Source of the DNA: a bacterium
GTDB taxonomy: Bacteria; SZUA-182; DTGQ01; JAFGSM01
Assembly: GCA_049472355.1 (NCBI GenBank)
Contig: JBLIRP010000002.1
Coordinates: 1,118-65,117 of the forward strand
Direction: 5' to 3'
DNA length: 64,000 bases
Below are positions 41,008-52,555 of this stretch, in pieces. Every line of letters starts with the position of its first letter. The stretch's first letter is position 1. The notes under the pieces are model-generated. The model saw only the letters and a list, made by a program, of their open reading frames with translations. It had not been told where the DNA came from and ran no database searches. The translations under genes were made by a program, and so were the position numbers.

Positions 41008-41309
41008 CTTTGTCCCCCTCCATCAATTTAAATGATCGATTCTTCCAATGGTATCAATCCGTTCAGCCATGCCAAGCCTCGGGCAGGCAGCGAAGCTCTC
41101 CGGCCCTCAGCTTCAGTACATTGAAACGGTCATGAAGGTTGGTTCTCTGAGTGCGCTCTATTCAGCCCATAGTCGAATGCCACATCAGGTTCCCAATACC
41201 AAGGGCGTTCCTCTTTGGCAACAGCAGCCCACCGAACGAATCCCCAATAATTCACACTGTTATATATCCCATTTGACATGCCGAATGCAATTGCCGTAAA
41301 GTACCCGGT

Positions 41310-42086
41310 ATGATCGATCTTCACTGCCACATCTTGCCGGGGCTGGATGACGGCTCCCAAAATATCGAAGAATCAATAATGATGTCCCGCATCGCTTATC
41401 AAGACGGCATTAGAACCATCGTGGCTACTCCCCATACCATGAATGGAATGTTTGTCAACGATCGAGAGATCATCCTGGCAGAGGTGGAACGATTGAACAA
41501 TTGCCTTGCAGGAGAAAGGCTGGATCTGCGCATTCTTCCAGGGGCCGATGTACATGTAAATTACAATATACCCGATCTGATCAGGGAGGGAAAGGCGACG
41601 ACCGTGAATGACAACGGGAGATACATCCTCCTTGAATTCCCTCATCAACTCGTTCCCCCGGGAATACCCGAGCTCGTATTTCAGCTCAAACTTCAGGGAA
41701 TCACCCCCATTTTCACCCATCCCGAACGAAACACTGCAATTCAAGGAGATTTGAATATCATTCTGCGATTAATTGAGCAGGGAGCCCTGACTCAAATCAC
41801 TGCAGATAGTCTGACCGGTGAATTCGGTGCCATGGCTTATAAAACCGCTGTTAAAATGCTCAAACATAATCTCGCTCATATTATTGCTTCGGATGCACAT
41901 TCCGCTAAAATACGCGTACCGATGCTTTCACATGCAATGCATGAGGCATCTAAGATGACCGGGGAAAATGGAGCGGAGGCTATGGTCACGACAATCCCGC
42001 AGGCGATCATTGACGGGAAGGTCATTAATGACCTTCTTGATCCAATCAGGCCCAAAAAATCCCTTTTAAAAAAATTGCTTGGATGA
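41310..42086 (+). CDS. CpsB/YwqE-type (PHP-family) protein-tyrosine phosphatase
   Basis: MIDLHCHILPGLDDGS, ATPH, THPERN, ASDAHS. These are the metal-binding His/Asp motifs of capsule phosphatases. Confidence 0.85.
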   Translation: MIDLHCHILPGLDDGSQNIEESIMMSRIAYQDGIRTIVATPHTMNGMFVNDREIILAEVERLNNCLAGERLDLRILPGADVHVNYNIPDLIREGKATTVNDNGRYILLEFPHQLVPPGIPELVFQLKLQGITPIFTHPERNTAIQGDLNIILRLIEQGALTQITADSLTGEFGAMAYKTAVKMLKHNLAHIIASDAHSAKIRVPMLSHAMHEASKMTGENGAEAMVTTIPQAIIDGKVINDLLDPIRPKKSLLKKLLG

Positions 42087-42157
42087 TGGGGATTGAAATC
42101 CTTTTTGTAAGGCCATGGAAAAGCGGTCCATGCGTTGATAAGGATTAATAATGTATA

Positions 42158-43093
42158 TCAGGCCATAAATAAAGAGATTTCCAATTTTTCCATGATCTTA
42201 TATATGGGTTTTTCCTTATGTTTAATAATGGTCAGAGCGGCATCCGCCATTTGGCATACCTCTTTAACCTTTGCTTGAGAAAGATCGGTTTTTTTCAATC
42301 TAAAAGGCAATTGCTGCAGAAATGATTGATCGGATTCAAGTCTCATGGAAGCAATCAAAGGGATGATCTCAGAAAGTTGATTATATAAAATATCGCCGTT
42401 TTCAAAATCAAAAGGAAAACTCCCAAAGGACACGATCACTTCCTGTCCGATCCGTTGCATCTCATTTTCGACAATTCCGGCATTTGCTCCTTGCCATGTC
42501 TTATTAAAAATCATCATCGCAATCTTCAGATCCAGGCCAATGGATTCTAAATCTTCTTCCTTCTCCGGTTTTCCGGAAGGGGGCATTCTCTCCTTTAAAT
42601 CCTGTCTCAAGGCCTGGAAAAATCGGGTGAGAAAACGCTCTATATTCATTGAATTCAAAAGCGTCTCATTCAAAGGAAGCAATTCATTCACCACCTGAAA
42701 AAATTTGTGTTTCTGGCTTGATCTTACATTAAGATAACCCAGGAAATACCCAAAAGAAATGACAGGATCGAAATGGATCAGGCATTGCATGATCCGGTGA
42801 GGAAAACCTTCTTTATTTACCTTTTCAAGGCTAAAGAGAAGAATGGGTACTATTGATTCGGCATCCTGCCCCTGAATGGTTTCCATTGCGGCTTGCGCAT
42901 TATCTTTGTTGTCCGATGAAAGAAATTGAGCCATGGTCGCCTTGCTTGAAGATGACAGCCGCTTTTTTGTTTCTCTCTTTAATGACTCTCTTGATCGTAT
43001 AAGGGCAAAGAGTCCATCAAGCCAAGGGAAAAGATCCAATTTACGTTCTTTCCATTGAGATTCCAAATCGTTAAAATCCAATTCGATTTTCAT
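42158..43093 (-). CDS. hypothetical protein (AT-rich region)
   Basis: 311-aa ORF with coding-like composition. No motif I recognise. Confidence 0.6.
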   Translation of the reverse strand: MKIELDFNDLESQWKERKLDLFPWLDGLFALIRSRESLKRETKKRLSSSSKATMAQFLSSDNKDNAQAAMETIQGQDAESIVPILLFSLEKVNKEGFPHRIMQCLIHFDPVISFGYFLGYLNVRSSQKHKFFQVVNELLPLNETLLNSMNIERFLTRFFQALRQDLKERMPPSGKPEKEEDLESIGLDLKIAMMIFNKTWQGANAGIVENEMQRIGQEVIVSFGSFPFDFENGDILYNQLSEIIPLIASMRLESDQSFLQQLPFRLKKTDLSQAKVKEVCQMADAALTIIKHKEKPIYKIMEKLEISLFMA

Positions 43094-43791
43094 AAGAGCC
43101 CTTTGATGAGATTATTATTCATAGACGATCTGAATATGATAAAAATAAAAAAAATGGCGCGCGCCGCCCTTTTAGCGATCATGAATTACCATAGATTCGC
43201 CATATTTTTTATTGAAAATCGACAACTATGATTGACGACCCAAGAAAATTTCCTGGTCCGTAGTATAACAAAAACAACCGCTGATTTAAAAAATCTTGAA
43301 AAATTGCTCGTAAAAATGTCAGAATCAGTGCTCGATTTCCCTTGGAAATCAACGGCCAAAATGGTCTGGGATACGCACTTGACAAGGATTGCGACTTAAT
43401 ATATAAGAAAAGCGGCCCTTTTACAAGGGTTCAGCATCGGAATATATTTAGCATTTACTGCATATCGTCAATAAATCCACTTTCCCTTAAGTCTGAAAAT
43501 ATAGCAAATCAAAATATCGGCTTGACATTTACCTTATAATGACATATTCTAACAGTTCGAATTAGTATTCACGAAACCATGAAAAGTGATGCACCGAGTC
43601 ACGGAGAGGAGCATAGGAACGAATTCTCTCATTAAACTGCCCCGCCGCAAGCAGCGGAGCATTAAATCAAATTTTTTCGGGTCGCTCCAAGGGGCGGGAA
43701 TTAAACGCGCAGAGATTAAATGTGCATCACATTTTTGTGAATTATCCATAATTTTAAAAAACTTTGGCCTTCAAGAAGAAAGAGTCAATGT

Positions 43792-44790
43792 ATGAAGACA
43801 ATAATATTTGTTGGATTTATTTTATTAGGATTTATCCCAATCATTATTATTTTAAATCTTTTTCTTTACAAGCTCTATCATAATTTTGCCGAAAAATCAT
43901 TCGAAAATAACAATTGTATCGTTCTTACAAATGAGAAAATATGTGATGTTCTTGAAAATTGCAGTCCTTCGAAATCAATTATGATTTTTAAGTCTGCAAT
44001 TTGTGACAATTGTGAAGTTGAAGGTTTGAGATATTACACAAAGTATCCGTTTGGGTCCAATATTGTTACGGCTCATGATAATCATAGAAGAGCGATTATT
44101 GCCTTTAACATTGGGCAGATGCTTTCAAAAGGAAAATTAGATCATGATGATATGAATTTATGTGCCGATATTCTCATCTGTTTAACGAATTATACAAAAG
44201 AGACTTACTACACGCAGCTTTTTGCATGGCAAAGCTTAGTTAATTTGTTTTATTTTCAAAAAGAGGCATTACTTGATCGTATCACCATTGATTATATAAA
44301 AGCCAGTATTACAAGAAATTTTCAGACAGGTATCGGGCCTATTAAATTTATTTTTGATATCAAAGCCCATAAAAGTATGAAAAAGAATTCAGAGGACTTT
44401 ATCAAGGAAATAATACTGTTTGCTATAAGACATGCAGCGATGCCTCTGCGTGCGCTTTTGGTGTTCAAATTGAATAAAAGTCCTCATTTTGACCAGACTC
44501 AAAAGACCGAATATATGAAAAATTTGCCCAAGAATCGCGAATTTGAAAGGTTTTTAATGCAGATGAAGGTTCTATCCTTTGGTTTCGCTCGGGAGGAATT
44601 AGAGGAAGGGATAAAAAATCTTGGTTTGCAGCCGCCCCCATATTCCAGTAAAACGACTGAAGGGGAGATCGTCCAACTTTTACTCAAAGATTTCATTGAA
44701 GAGATCTACGTGCCTGTATCCTATTTGATGCACAATTATGATCGCTGGGATATACCGAGGCATCAGTCGGGAGATTTCTTATGGTATTAG
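43792..44790 (+). CDS. hypothetical membrane-anchored protein
   Basis: 332-aa ORF with an N-terminal TM (IIFVGFILLGFIPIIIILNLFLY). No recognisable motif. Convergent with atpC. Confidence 0.6.
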   Translation: MKTIIFVGFILLGFIPIIIILNLFLYKLYHNFAEKSFENNNCIVLTNEKICDVLENCSPSKSIMIFKSAICDNCEVEGLRYYTKYPFGSNIVTAHDNHRRAIIAFNIGQMLSKGKLDHDDMNLCADILICLTNYTKETYYTQLFAWQSLVNLFYFQKEALLDRITIDYIKASITRNFQTGIGPIKFIFDIKAHKSMKKNSEDFIKEIILFAIRHAAMPLRALLVFKLNKSPHFDQTQKTEYMKNLPKNREFERFLMQMKVLSFGFAREELEEGIKNLGLQPPPYSSKTTEGEIVQLLLKDFIEEIYVPVSYLMHNYDRWDIPRHQSGDFLWY

Positions 44791-44887
44791 AAGGATGAAG
44801 ACGAACCATCTGATCGTTTATGTATTACAAACCCCGGCGTGACAGAGCAACGTAAGGAGGAATTGAGCTGTGAGATGTATGACGGGA

Positions 44888-45361
44888 TTATTCCGAATGA
44901 GAAGCGGCCCGGTAGAGTTCGATCGCTGATTTTTTAAGATCCGCCTCAGCGGCCTTTTCATCAAAGCCCACTCTTCCTACCTGGCCTTCCAGCCAGTTCT
45001 GAACCCTTTCCCTGGCGAGAACGGCCAAATCGACCTCTGCCTCCCGAGTCACCTTTTCGGCCCCGAATGAAAGCACGGTGACCCTGTTATTCTTAACCTC
45101 CAGGAATCCGCCGGCAACAACGACCCAATGGGCCTCTCCATCCTTTTCATATCGAAGGGGTGCAATAGGCAAGCGGACCAACATAGCGGCATGGTCAGCC
45201 AGAATACCGATATATTTCTCTTTGGTCAGTTCGCCTTCCTCCTGCTCACCTTCCAGGTCCCTGACCACCACAATGTCTATTTCATCATCCTTCAATACAC
45301 ACTTTTCAGGAGTGAGCACTTCGAGGGATATTTTTCCCTTCCCTTTTTTCAGCTTAGCCAT
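44888..45361 (-). CDS. atpC: F-type ATP synthase epsilon subunit (divergent, with an acidic insertion)
   Basis: 157 aa. ISLEVLTPEK..., ILADHAAML, GGFLEV.NNRVTVL. Extra EGEQEEGELTKEKY segment. Confidence 0.8.
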   Translation of the reverse strand: MAKLKKGKGKISLEVLTPEKCVLKDDEIDIVVVRDLEGEQEEGELTKEKYIGILADHAAMLVRLPIAPLRYEKDGEAHWVVVAGGFLEVKNNRVTVLSFGAEKVTREAEVDLAVLARERVQNWLEGQVGRVGFDEKAAEADLKKSAIELYRAASHSE

Positions 45362-45378
45362 AGAATCGCTTTCCCTGC

Positions 45379-46827
<1,449 letters not shown>

Positions 46828-47781
46828 TTAGAATGCTGTTTGTGATACAGACTCTTGCTCGATTACTCTGGCTGCGCTAAGAATGCCTAATAAATCCAGG
46901 GTGATTAAGTCCCTTCTCATTCGATTATATTGGATACCCATTTCATGTAACTTTTCTGCGGCCCGGTCCGAGGCATCTTCCATGGCCATCATCCGTGCGC
47001 CCTGCTCACTGGCATATGATTCCAATAGCAGATCAAAGATCTGTATCTTGAAATACATGGGGATCAATTCCTTCAAAATGGTGAGGGAATCCGGTTCGTA
47101 GATCCATTTGATGCGTGCGGTTTTATCCTTTGTGGTCTGCTCTTCAAGACCGAAACTGAACGGCAGCAGCTTGATCACCTTGGGTTCACGTTTGGCGGGT
47201 CCATGAAACTTTGTATAGGCACAGTATATCTCATCGATATTCTTGTGCAGAAAGAGATCGGTCATATTCATGATCAGAGACAAGGCATCCGATATGGAAA
47301 CACCTTGCTCCGACCAGGGTTCGATATTTAATATCGGAAACGGCGTATTTTTTTTAAAAAAACGCTCACCTCTGAGCCCTTTGATCCAAACACCAACCTC
47401 GGCATTCTTATTCTTTCTCAAAATAGTATCCAAAAAAATCTGAGTCGTTTTGCCTATCCGGCCATTATAATTGCCGCACATACCAATATCCGAAGCAATG
47501 ACGAAAACGATAATCCTGTTTTGTTTACGCTTTTTAATTAATAGAGGTGATATTTCGGTCATTACCTCTTCGGAAAACATATCCTTCTCAGAAAAAAGCG
47601 CGATCTCGGATTGGATTAAGGCGATTTCCCTCATTCTTTCAGCGAACATGCTCAGCGTGGCCGCCTTAAAACGCGTCCTGGCCAGCTTTGCCGCCGCCAC
47701 AGTGGACATGGTCTCAGTGGTGCCTTTGATATTCTCAACACTTCTCATTCTGTTCTTTAAATCAATCAACTTCTGTGACAT
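46828..47781 (-). CDS. atpG: F-type ATP synthase gamma subunit
   Basis: 317 aa. N-terminal LKNRMRSVENIKGTTETMSTVAAAKL and C-terminal SEQGARMMAMEDASDRA...ITLDLLGI. Confidence 0.85.
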   Translation of the reverse strand: MSQKLIDLKNRMRSVENIKGTTETMSTVAAAKLARTRFKAATLSMFAERMREIALIQSEIALFSEKDMFSEEVMTEISPLLIKKRKQNRIIVFVIASDIGMCGNYNGRIGKTTQIFLDTILRKNKNAEVGVWIKGLRGERFFKKNTPFPILNIEPWSEQGVSISDALSLIMNMTDLFLHKNIDEIYCAYTKFHGPAKREPKVIKLLPFSFGLEEQTTKDKTARIKWIYEPDSLTILKELIPMYFKIQIFDLLLESYASEQGARMMAMEDASDRAAEKLHEMGIQYNRMRRDLITLDLLGILSAARVIEQESVSQTAF

Positions 47782-47795
47782 AATTGATACCCGCT

Positions 47796-49607
47796 TTAGA
47801 CAAATTGCTTTTTGAACTCAGCAATGATTTCCCTTAAGCCTGAATTGATCTCCGGGGTCAAATCCTTCTTTTCCTGAATCATGTCCATGATATTCTGATA
47901 ATTCTGATGAGCAAAAGCCACCAACCCCTTCTCGAACTCCCCGACCCGTTTTACAGGAATATCATCCATCAGGCTGTTGACCACCGCGTAAAGCACCAAG
48001 GCCTCCTCTGCCAACGGCATAGGCGCATACTGAATCTGTTTTAATAATTCACGCCCCCTTTCCCCTCTGGCAAGCTGGGCCTTTGTGGCCTCATCCACCT
48101 CTGCACCAAATTTTACAAAGGCCTGCATCTCATGATATTGAGCAAGGTCTATTCTCAACCTTCCGGCGATCTTTTTGATGATCTTGGTTTGCGCTGCACC
48201 ACCGACCCTAGATACCGACAAACCGACATTAATGGCCGGCCGAAAGCCCGTATTAAACAAACCGGATTCGAGATATATCTGGCCATCCGTAATCGATATT
48301 ACATTGGTCGAGATATATGAGGTGACATCCCCGCCCAGTGTCTCGATGATCGGTATGGCGGTCAACGACCCCCCGCCTTTTTCCTTACTCAGTTTGGCGG
48401 CCCTTTCCAACAATCTTGAATGCACATAAAAAATATCACCCGGATAGGCCTCCCTGCCGATAGGTCTCTTCAAGAGAGCCGACATCTCCCTGTAAGCCAC
48501 CGCATGTTTGGAAAGATCGTCGAAAATAACCAACGCATCCCCGCCCTGCTCCATGAACTCCTCACCGATGGCGCAGGCAGTATAAGGCGCCAGGTATTTA
48601 AAGGCGGTCTGCTCATTGGCTAGCGCAGCGACAATAATCGTATGGTCCAATGCCCCCTCTCTTCGCAAGACCTCCACGACCTTGGCCACGGCTGCGGCCT
48701 TCTGACCGATGGCCGCATAGACACATATCAGATTGTTGCCCTTCTGATTTATTATGGTATCTATGGCCAGGGTGGTCTTTCCGATCTTCCTGTCGCCGAT
48801 AATCAATTCCCTCTGGCCGCGCCCTATGGGGATCATTGCGTCTATCGCCTTTATCCCGGTCTGTACCGGTTCCTTTACAGGCTGGCGCGTCACCACACGG
48901 GGAGCGATCCTTTCCACTAATCGATAGCTCGTGGTGAGGATCTTGCCTTTACCATCGATGGGCTGACCGACAGCGTTCACTATCCTGCCGATCATTCCCT
49001 TCCCAACAGGAATCTCCAACTGATGGCCGGTACAAACAACCTTGGTTCCTTCCTTAATATCTTCTTCAGCTCCTAGTAAAATACAACCTACTGCATCCTG
49101 CTCCAAACTAAAGGCCAAACCGTAAACGCTTCCGGCAAATTCAACCACTTCCATAGAACCCACGTTCTCAAGGCCCGCGACCCTGGCGATTCCGTCGCCG
49201 ACCTGGAGGACAATCCCCTCCTGGCGCATGTCCTCAATCTTAAAGGTCGGTTTCGTGGCTTCTATAATCCGCCGTAGTTCCTTGGTAATGTCCTCTGTTT
49301 TCAATTGTTGGACATCGCCCTTCAATTCCATAAACTTTCTGTCTAATTCACTTACAAAACTCTGCTTGACATCAAGACTGATCTTCTTGTTTCTGTCAAG
49401 AAACAGCATTGGGCTTTCCTGTTTAGCGTCCGTAAATACCTTGATCTGTATTTTCTTTCCCGCAATCTTGGAAAGCTCTTGCTCCAAATTCTCCACAAAA
49501 TCGGATCTATAAACAGTCGGGCTCAACAAAACCAAAGGTTGACTGGCGTTATTTAAAGCCTCCTTTAAACCTTCCTGTTTAGCTTCCATCTGTTTAACAT
49601 TCTCCAT
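47796..49607 (-). CDS. atpA: F-type ATP synthase alpha subunit with a ~92-aa delta(OSCP)-C-terminal-like N-terminal extension
   Basis: 603 aa. The alpha core starts near Met93 ([14 protein letters not shown]...[13 protein letters not shown]), P-loop GDRKIGKT. Residues 1-92 resemble a delta C-terminal domain. RBS AAGGA precedes the first ATG. Confidence 0.88.
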   Translation of the reverse strand: MENVKQMEAKQEGLKEALNNASQPLVLLSPTVYRSDFVENLEQELSKIAGKKIQIKVFTDAKQESPMLFLDRNKKISLDVKQSFVSELDRKFMELKGDVQQLKTEDITKELRRIIEATKPTFKIEDMRQEGIVLQVGDGIARVAGLENVGSMEVVEFAGSVYGLAFSLEQDAVGCILLGAEEDIKEGTKVVCTGHQLEIPVGKGMIGRIVNAVGQPIDGKGKILTTSYRLVERIAPRVVTRQPVKEPVQTGIKAIDAMIPIGRGQRELIIGDRKIGKTTLAIDTIINQKGNNLICVYAAIGQKAAAVAKVVEVLRREGALDHTIIVAALANEQTAFKYLAPYTACAIGEEFMEQGGDALVIFDDLSKHAVAYREMSALLKRPIGREAYPGDIFYVHSRLLERAAKLSKEKGGGSLTAIPIIETLGGDVTSYISTNVISITDGQIYLESGLFNTGFRPAINVGLSVSRVGGAAQTKIIKKIAGRLRIDLAQYHEMQAFVKFGAEVDEATKAQLARGERGRELLKQIQYAPMPLAEEALVLYAVVNSLMDDIPVKRVGEFEKGLVAFAHQNYQNIMDMIQEKKDLTPEINSGLREIIAEFKKQFV

Positions 49608-49973
49608 AATCCTTAGCCTTCCATCATAAGTTTCTTATTATTCAGCAGCCATATTCGACATCCCTCAGCTATTCCCCATATTCCCACTCTAAAATGATAA
49701 TGACTCTCCTCTACAAACGCCACATACTGGATTCATACGAATCAATTCTCGTAAAAATCCTCAAGGCCGATTTCATCTGTACCCGATGAAAAATAGCTGC
49801 AGAATAATTATGACAAACTCCATATTGATTAAATCGTACGATATTTACTGCAAAACATAAATTGGCTTTAAGGTATAACCCTGATAGATCCAATAACGGT
49901 TATTTTGAATCCGGCTCTTGTTATAGGCTACAACTCTGTATTCCTCTATTCCATCATAGGCTACAGCCGAAAC

Positions 49974-50002
49974 ACAAAAAACCCCCAGGAGCGGCACCCT
50001 GA
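49974..50002 (-). terminator. weak hairpin plus T6 right after the atpE stop (possible attenuator)
   Basis: The minus strand reads TGATCAGGGTGCCGCTCCTGGGGGTTTTTTGTG. Short CAGG/CCTG stem, then G4T6. Confidence 0.35.
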
Positions 50003-50443
50003 TCAAATGATCAGAATCAATGCGACAACCAGGCAATAAAGACATAATGCCTCAATGATGGCCATACCGATCAACATGGTCATAAAAAGCTTTCCCTGGA
50101 TCTCGGGCTGTCTTGACATACCTTCCAATGAGGCCATTCCGAACTTGGCAATCCCCAGGGAGGCGCCGAATGCACCCCAACCGAGCAATATGGCTGCAGC
50201 TACTGCCTTTAAAGCCTCAACCCAGGCGACTTCGCCACCCTTTGTTGTTACGATAGCTGCGGATTCTTCCGCCCATAATGCCAAGGGAGATGACAAAGCC
50301 AGTAGAATCGTATTGACAAATACAAAATAAATGGTTTTTTTGGACCGTATAACCCTTATAACCCTGTTCTTTGTGGAATTGTATAATGATGCAATAGACA
50401 TTGAGACCCTCCTTTTAATGATTAAAATAATGGAATGTTGCAT
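50003..50443 (-). CDS. atpE: F-type ATP synthase c subunit with signal-peptide-like N-terminal extension
   Basis: The C-terminal ~75 aa form a c-subunit hairpin (GASLGIAKFGMASLEGMSRQPE...MAIIEALCLYCLVVALILI). It is preceded by KKTIYFVFVNTILLALSSPLALWA|EE. The true start (50443, 50401 or later) is uncertain. Confidence 0.85.
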   Translation of the reverse strand: MQHSIILIIKRRVSMSIASLYNSTKNRVIRVIRSKKTIYFVFVNTILLALSSPLALWAEESAAIVTTKGGEVAWVEALKAVAAAILLGWGAFGASLGIAKFGMASLEGMSRQPEIQGKLFMTMLIGMAIIEALCLYCLVVALILII

Positions 50444-50466
50444 TGGTTATAAAAGGTTAACCTTGC

Positions 50467-50946
50467 TTAGGATGCCTGCCGTAGACTGTCCAATATGACC
50501 TTCTCTACAAGTTCCTTATGACCGTCCTTCTTCGCCAGATCCGGAAGCGCCCTGTAAGCGGCTGAACTGACCAGATCGATCAATTTCAGATTCGTCTCCT
50601 GGAGCAGTTCCTCCCTCTCCCTGGCGATTTCAGCACGGGCGTTTTCTATGATCTTGTCGGCCTCTTCCTTGGCCTTTGCGATGATATCATTTTTCATCTT
50701 TTCCGTTTGGTTCAAAATCTTCTGTGCATCTACCCTGCTTTGAGCAAGAATCTCATCCCGATCCCTCAATGCCTTCTCTTGTTCCTCTTTGGCGATTGCA
50801 CGTTGCCGTAACCCCTCCTCGATCTTTTCCTTTCTTGCATCCAATATCTCCATTATGGGTTTGAAGAAGAATTTTTTCATAAGAAAAAGAAGGATAAAGA
50901 AATTGACAACTAAAAATATTGTTTTTGTAAAGTCAAAGCCTATCAT
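50467..50946 (-). CDS. atpF: F-type ATP synthase b subunit
   Basis: 159 aa. One N-terminal TM (IFLVVNFFILLFLMKKFFFKPI), then a long charged coiled coil (ILDARKEKIEEGL...). Confidence 0.85.
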   Translation of the reverse strand: MIGFDFTKTIFLVVNFFILLFLMKKFFFKPIMEILDARKEKIEEGLRQRAIAKEEQEKALRDRDEILAQSRVDAQKILNQTEKMKNDIIAKAKEEADKIIENARAEIAREREELLQETNLKLIDLVSSAAYRALPDLAKKDGHKELVEKVILDSLRQAS

Positions 50947-51012
50947 CAGTTCACCCCGAGTAAAAAGTTTTTTTAACGGAAACTATTTTGTAAACAATAT
51001 TGCCTTTATCTA

Positions 51013-52293
51013 TTAATGTACGCCTAATTCTTCCTTGAAATAAAACAGACTCAGCATAACAAAGACCAAGGTCTGTATAATCGCGAAAAGGACATCCATG
51101 CAGAAGATCATAAATGGAATAAACAAGGGAACTACAAAATAATATCTCTTGATTGCAACGTCAGTAACCATCGAAAGCACACTATGCTCGCCAAATATAT
51201 TACCAAAAAGTCGCAGTGAAAGTGAAAGAAGTCTTGCTCCATTATCAACAAGATGCAGCGCAATGAGGAACAAAACAATTATTTTTACAGGAGCCTGTTT
51301 TAAGATCCCGAAGGCTATGTTTAATAATTTTGATATAGGCATCCAAACAGCGGATAAAATCTTTTTATGAAAAGTTAAAGCCCTATTCAAATACCGTAAA
51401 ATAAAGAAAACAATCAAAATAAGTGAATACATACTGACGATATTAACGATTACGGTATGCTTGAAGGGTATAAAAAGAATGAACATGATGCCGATACACA
51501 TAAGCAATGTGCCAATGCCGTAAAAAATCGAATATTTGACGAATGAAGCGTCCTCCCCGTCTTCCAATCCCGAGATCCTCAGGAAAAAGCCGACCATGGA
51601 CTCCGCAAGACACTGAATTCCCCCTGGAACATCATCTCTCTGTAGCCTTGATCGTATCCAAAAACCGAATGCCAGCAATAAAACGGTCGCCGCCACACAA
51701 TAGACAGCCATCAGTTGAAATGGCAAGGATAATAATACGGCAATATTATCGATCAAATAGAGAATCAAGAATGGAATCACGAAGAGCTTCCACATGAAGG
51801 AACCTTTTTTGGACTGCGTCCTTGAGCCTTGCCCCTCATGCCTAAAAACCTCTTCCTCATCCGAGGCCTCTTTTTTCCCAAGCCCTGGGATTGGGTCCAG
51901 CCATAATTTGGCCGCCTTTTTGGGTCCATTTAATTTTATATTGTAATACTGTAAGCCGATGACAACGATCAAGGCCAATGCAAAGGTGTTGCTCCAATCA
52001 CTGGTTGGCGGATGTGCATGAGGAATTATGAGAAAAAAATTGGAGATTAAGATAAATAGAACAAAGGTACCCAGAAACGGAAGTAAGTGAGCCAGCTTTT
52101 CCTGCCCCAGCTCCGTCCTTATAATGTTGTCCAGGGATTCTACCAGAACCTCGGCAATATTTTGAACTGAGCCGGGCGCGCCATCCTTTTGCCTGTTTTT
52201 GATCGCTAAATACGAAAAGATGAGAAGAATTGCCGATGTAATTGAACAATAGATTATTTCATAGATCCACGTTAAACCAAAATGAACATGCAT
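51013..52293 (-). CDS. atpB: F-type ATP synthase a subunit, enlarged (426 aa) by an apparent partial internal duplication
   Basis: The C-terminal half has LLSLSLRLFGNIFGEH (essential Arg) and AIIQTLVFVMLSLFY. The N-terminal half repeats the PG.Q..AE... module and has LLSLPFQLMAVY at the equivalent helix. Confidence 0.85.
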   Translation of the reverse strand: MHVHFGLTWIYEIIYCSITSAILLIFSYLAIKNRQKDGAPGSVQNIAEVLVESLDNIIRTELGQEKLAHLLPFLGTFVLFILISNFFLIIPHAHPPTSDWSNTFALALIVVIGLQYYNIKLNGPKKAAKLWLDPIPGLGKKEASDEEEVFRHEGQGSRTQSKKGSFMWKLFVIPFLILYLIDNIAVLLSLPFQLMAVYCVAATVLLLAFGFWIRSRLQRDDVPGGIQCLAESMVGFFLRISGLEDGEDASFVKYSIFYGIGTLLMCIGIMFILFIPFKHTVIVNIVSMYSLILIVFFILRYLNRALTFHKKILSAVWMPISKLLNIAFGILKQAPVKIIVLFLIALHLVDNGARLLSLSLRLFGNIFGEHSVLSMVTDVAIKRYYFVVPLFIPFMIFCMDVLFAIIQTLVFVMLSLFYFKEELGVH

Positions 52294-52404
52294 TGCTTAC
52301 TTCTATACCCTTTCTTTTATGCCGCTTGCGAGCCTTGTATGCGATTTTTGGTAAACGATTTTTATTCATATCGCCTTGAAATTCTCTCTTAAAAAACGAT
52401 TGTA

Positions 52405-52433
52405 ATGATATCAATAATACCGTTTTTTGTCAA
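52405..52433 (-). promoter_or_regulatory. sigma70 promoter of the ATP synthase operon
   Basis: The minus strand reads TTGACA (52433-52428), 17-nt spacer, TATCAT (52410-52405), about 110 nt upstream of the atpB ATG. Confidence 0.6.
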
Positions 52434-52555
52434 CACCCAAATGAACCAATTCCAAAACATAATCACGTCATTCCTTTTCCCCTCATCGCATACATTTGAG
52501 GAGGATTGATCATTCCATAGGATTTCAATACCTATTTTTATATAATATTAAATTC

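Noticed and set aside
42084-42106. Terminator after cpsB (GGATT-GA-AATCC + T5).
   Set aside because: The stem is effectively 4 bp once a viable loop is allowed, which is too weak to call.
49711-50045. 60-66-aa ORFs in the atpE-atpA gap as candidate atpH/atpI-like genes.
   Set aside because: They lack TM or delta-like sequence and an RBS, and they have low-complexity AT-driven composition. One overlaps the atpE 3' end.
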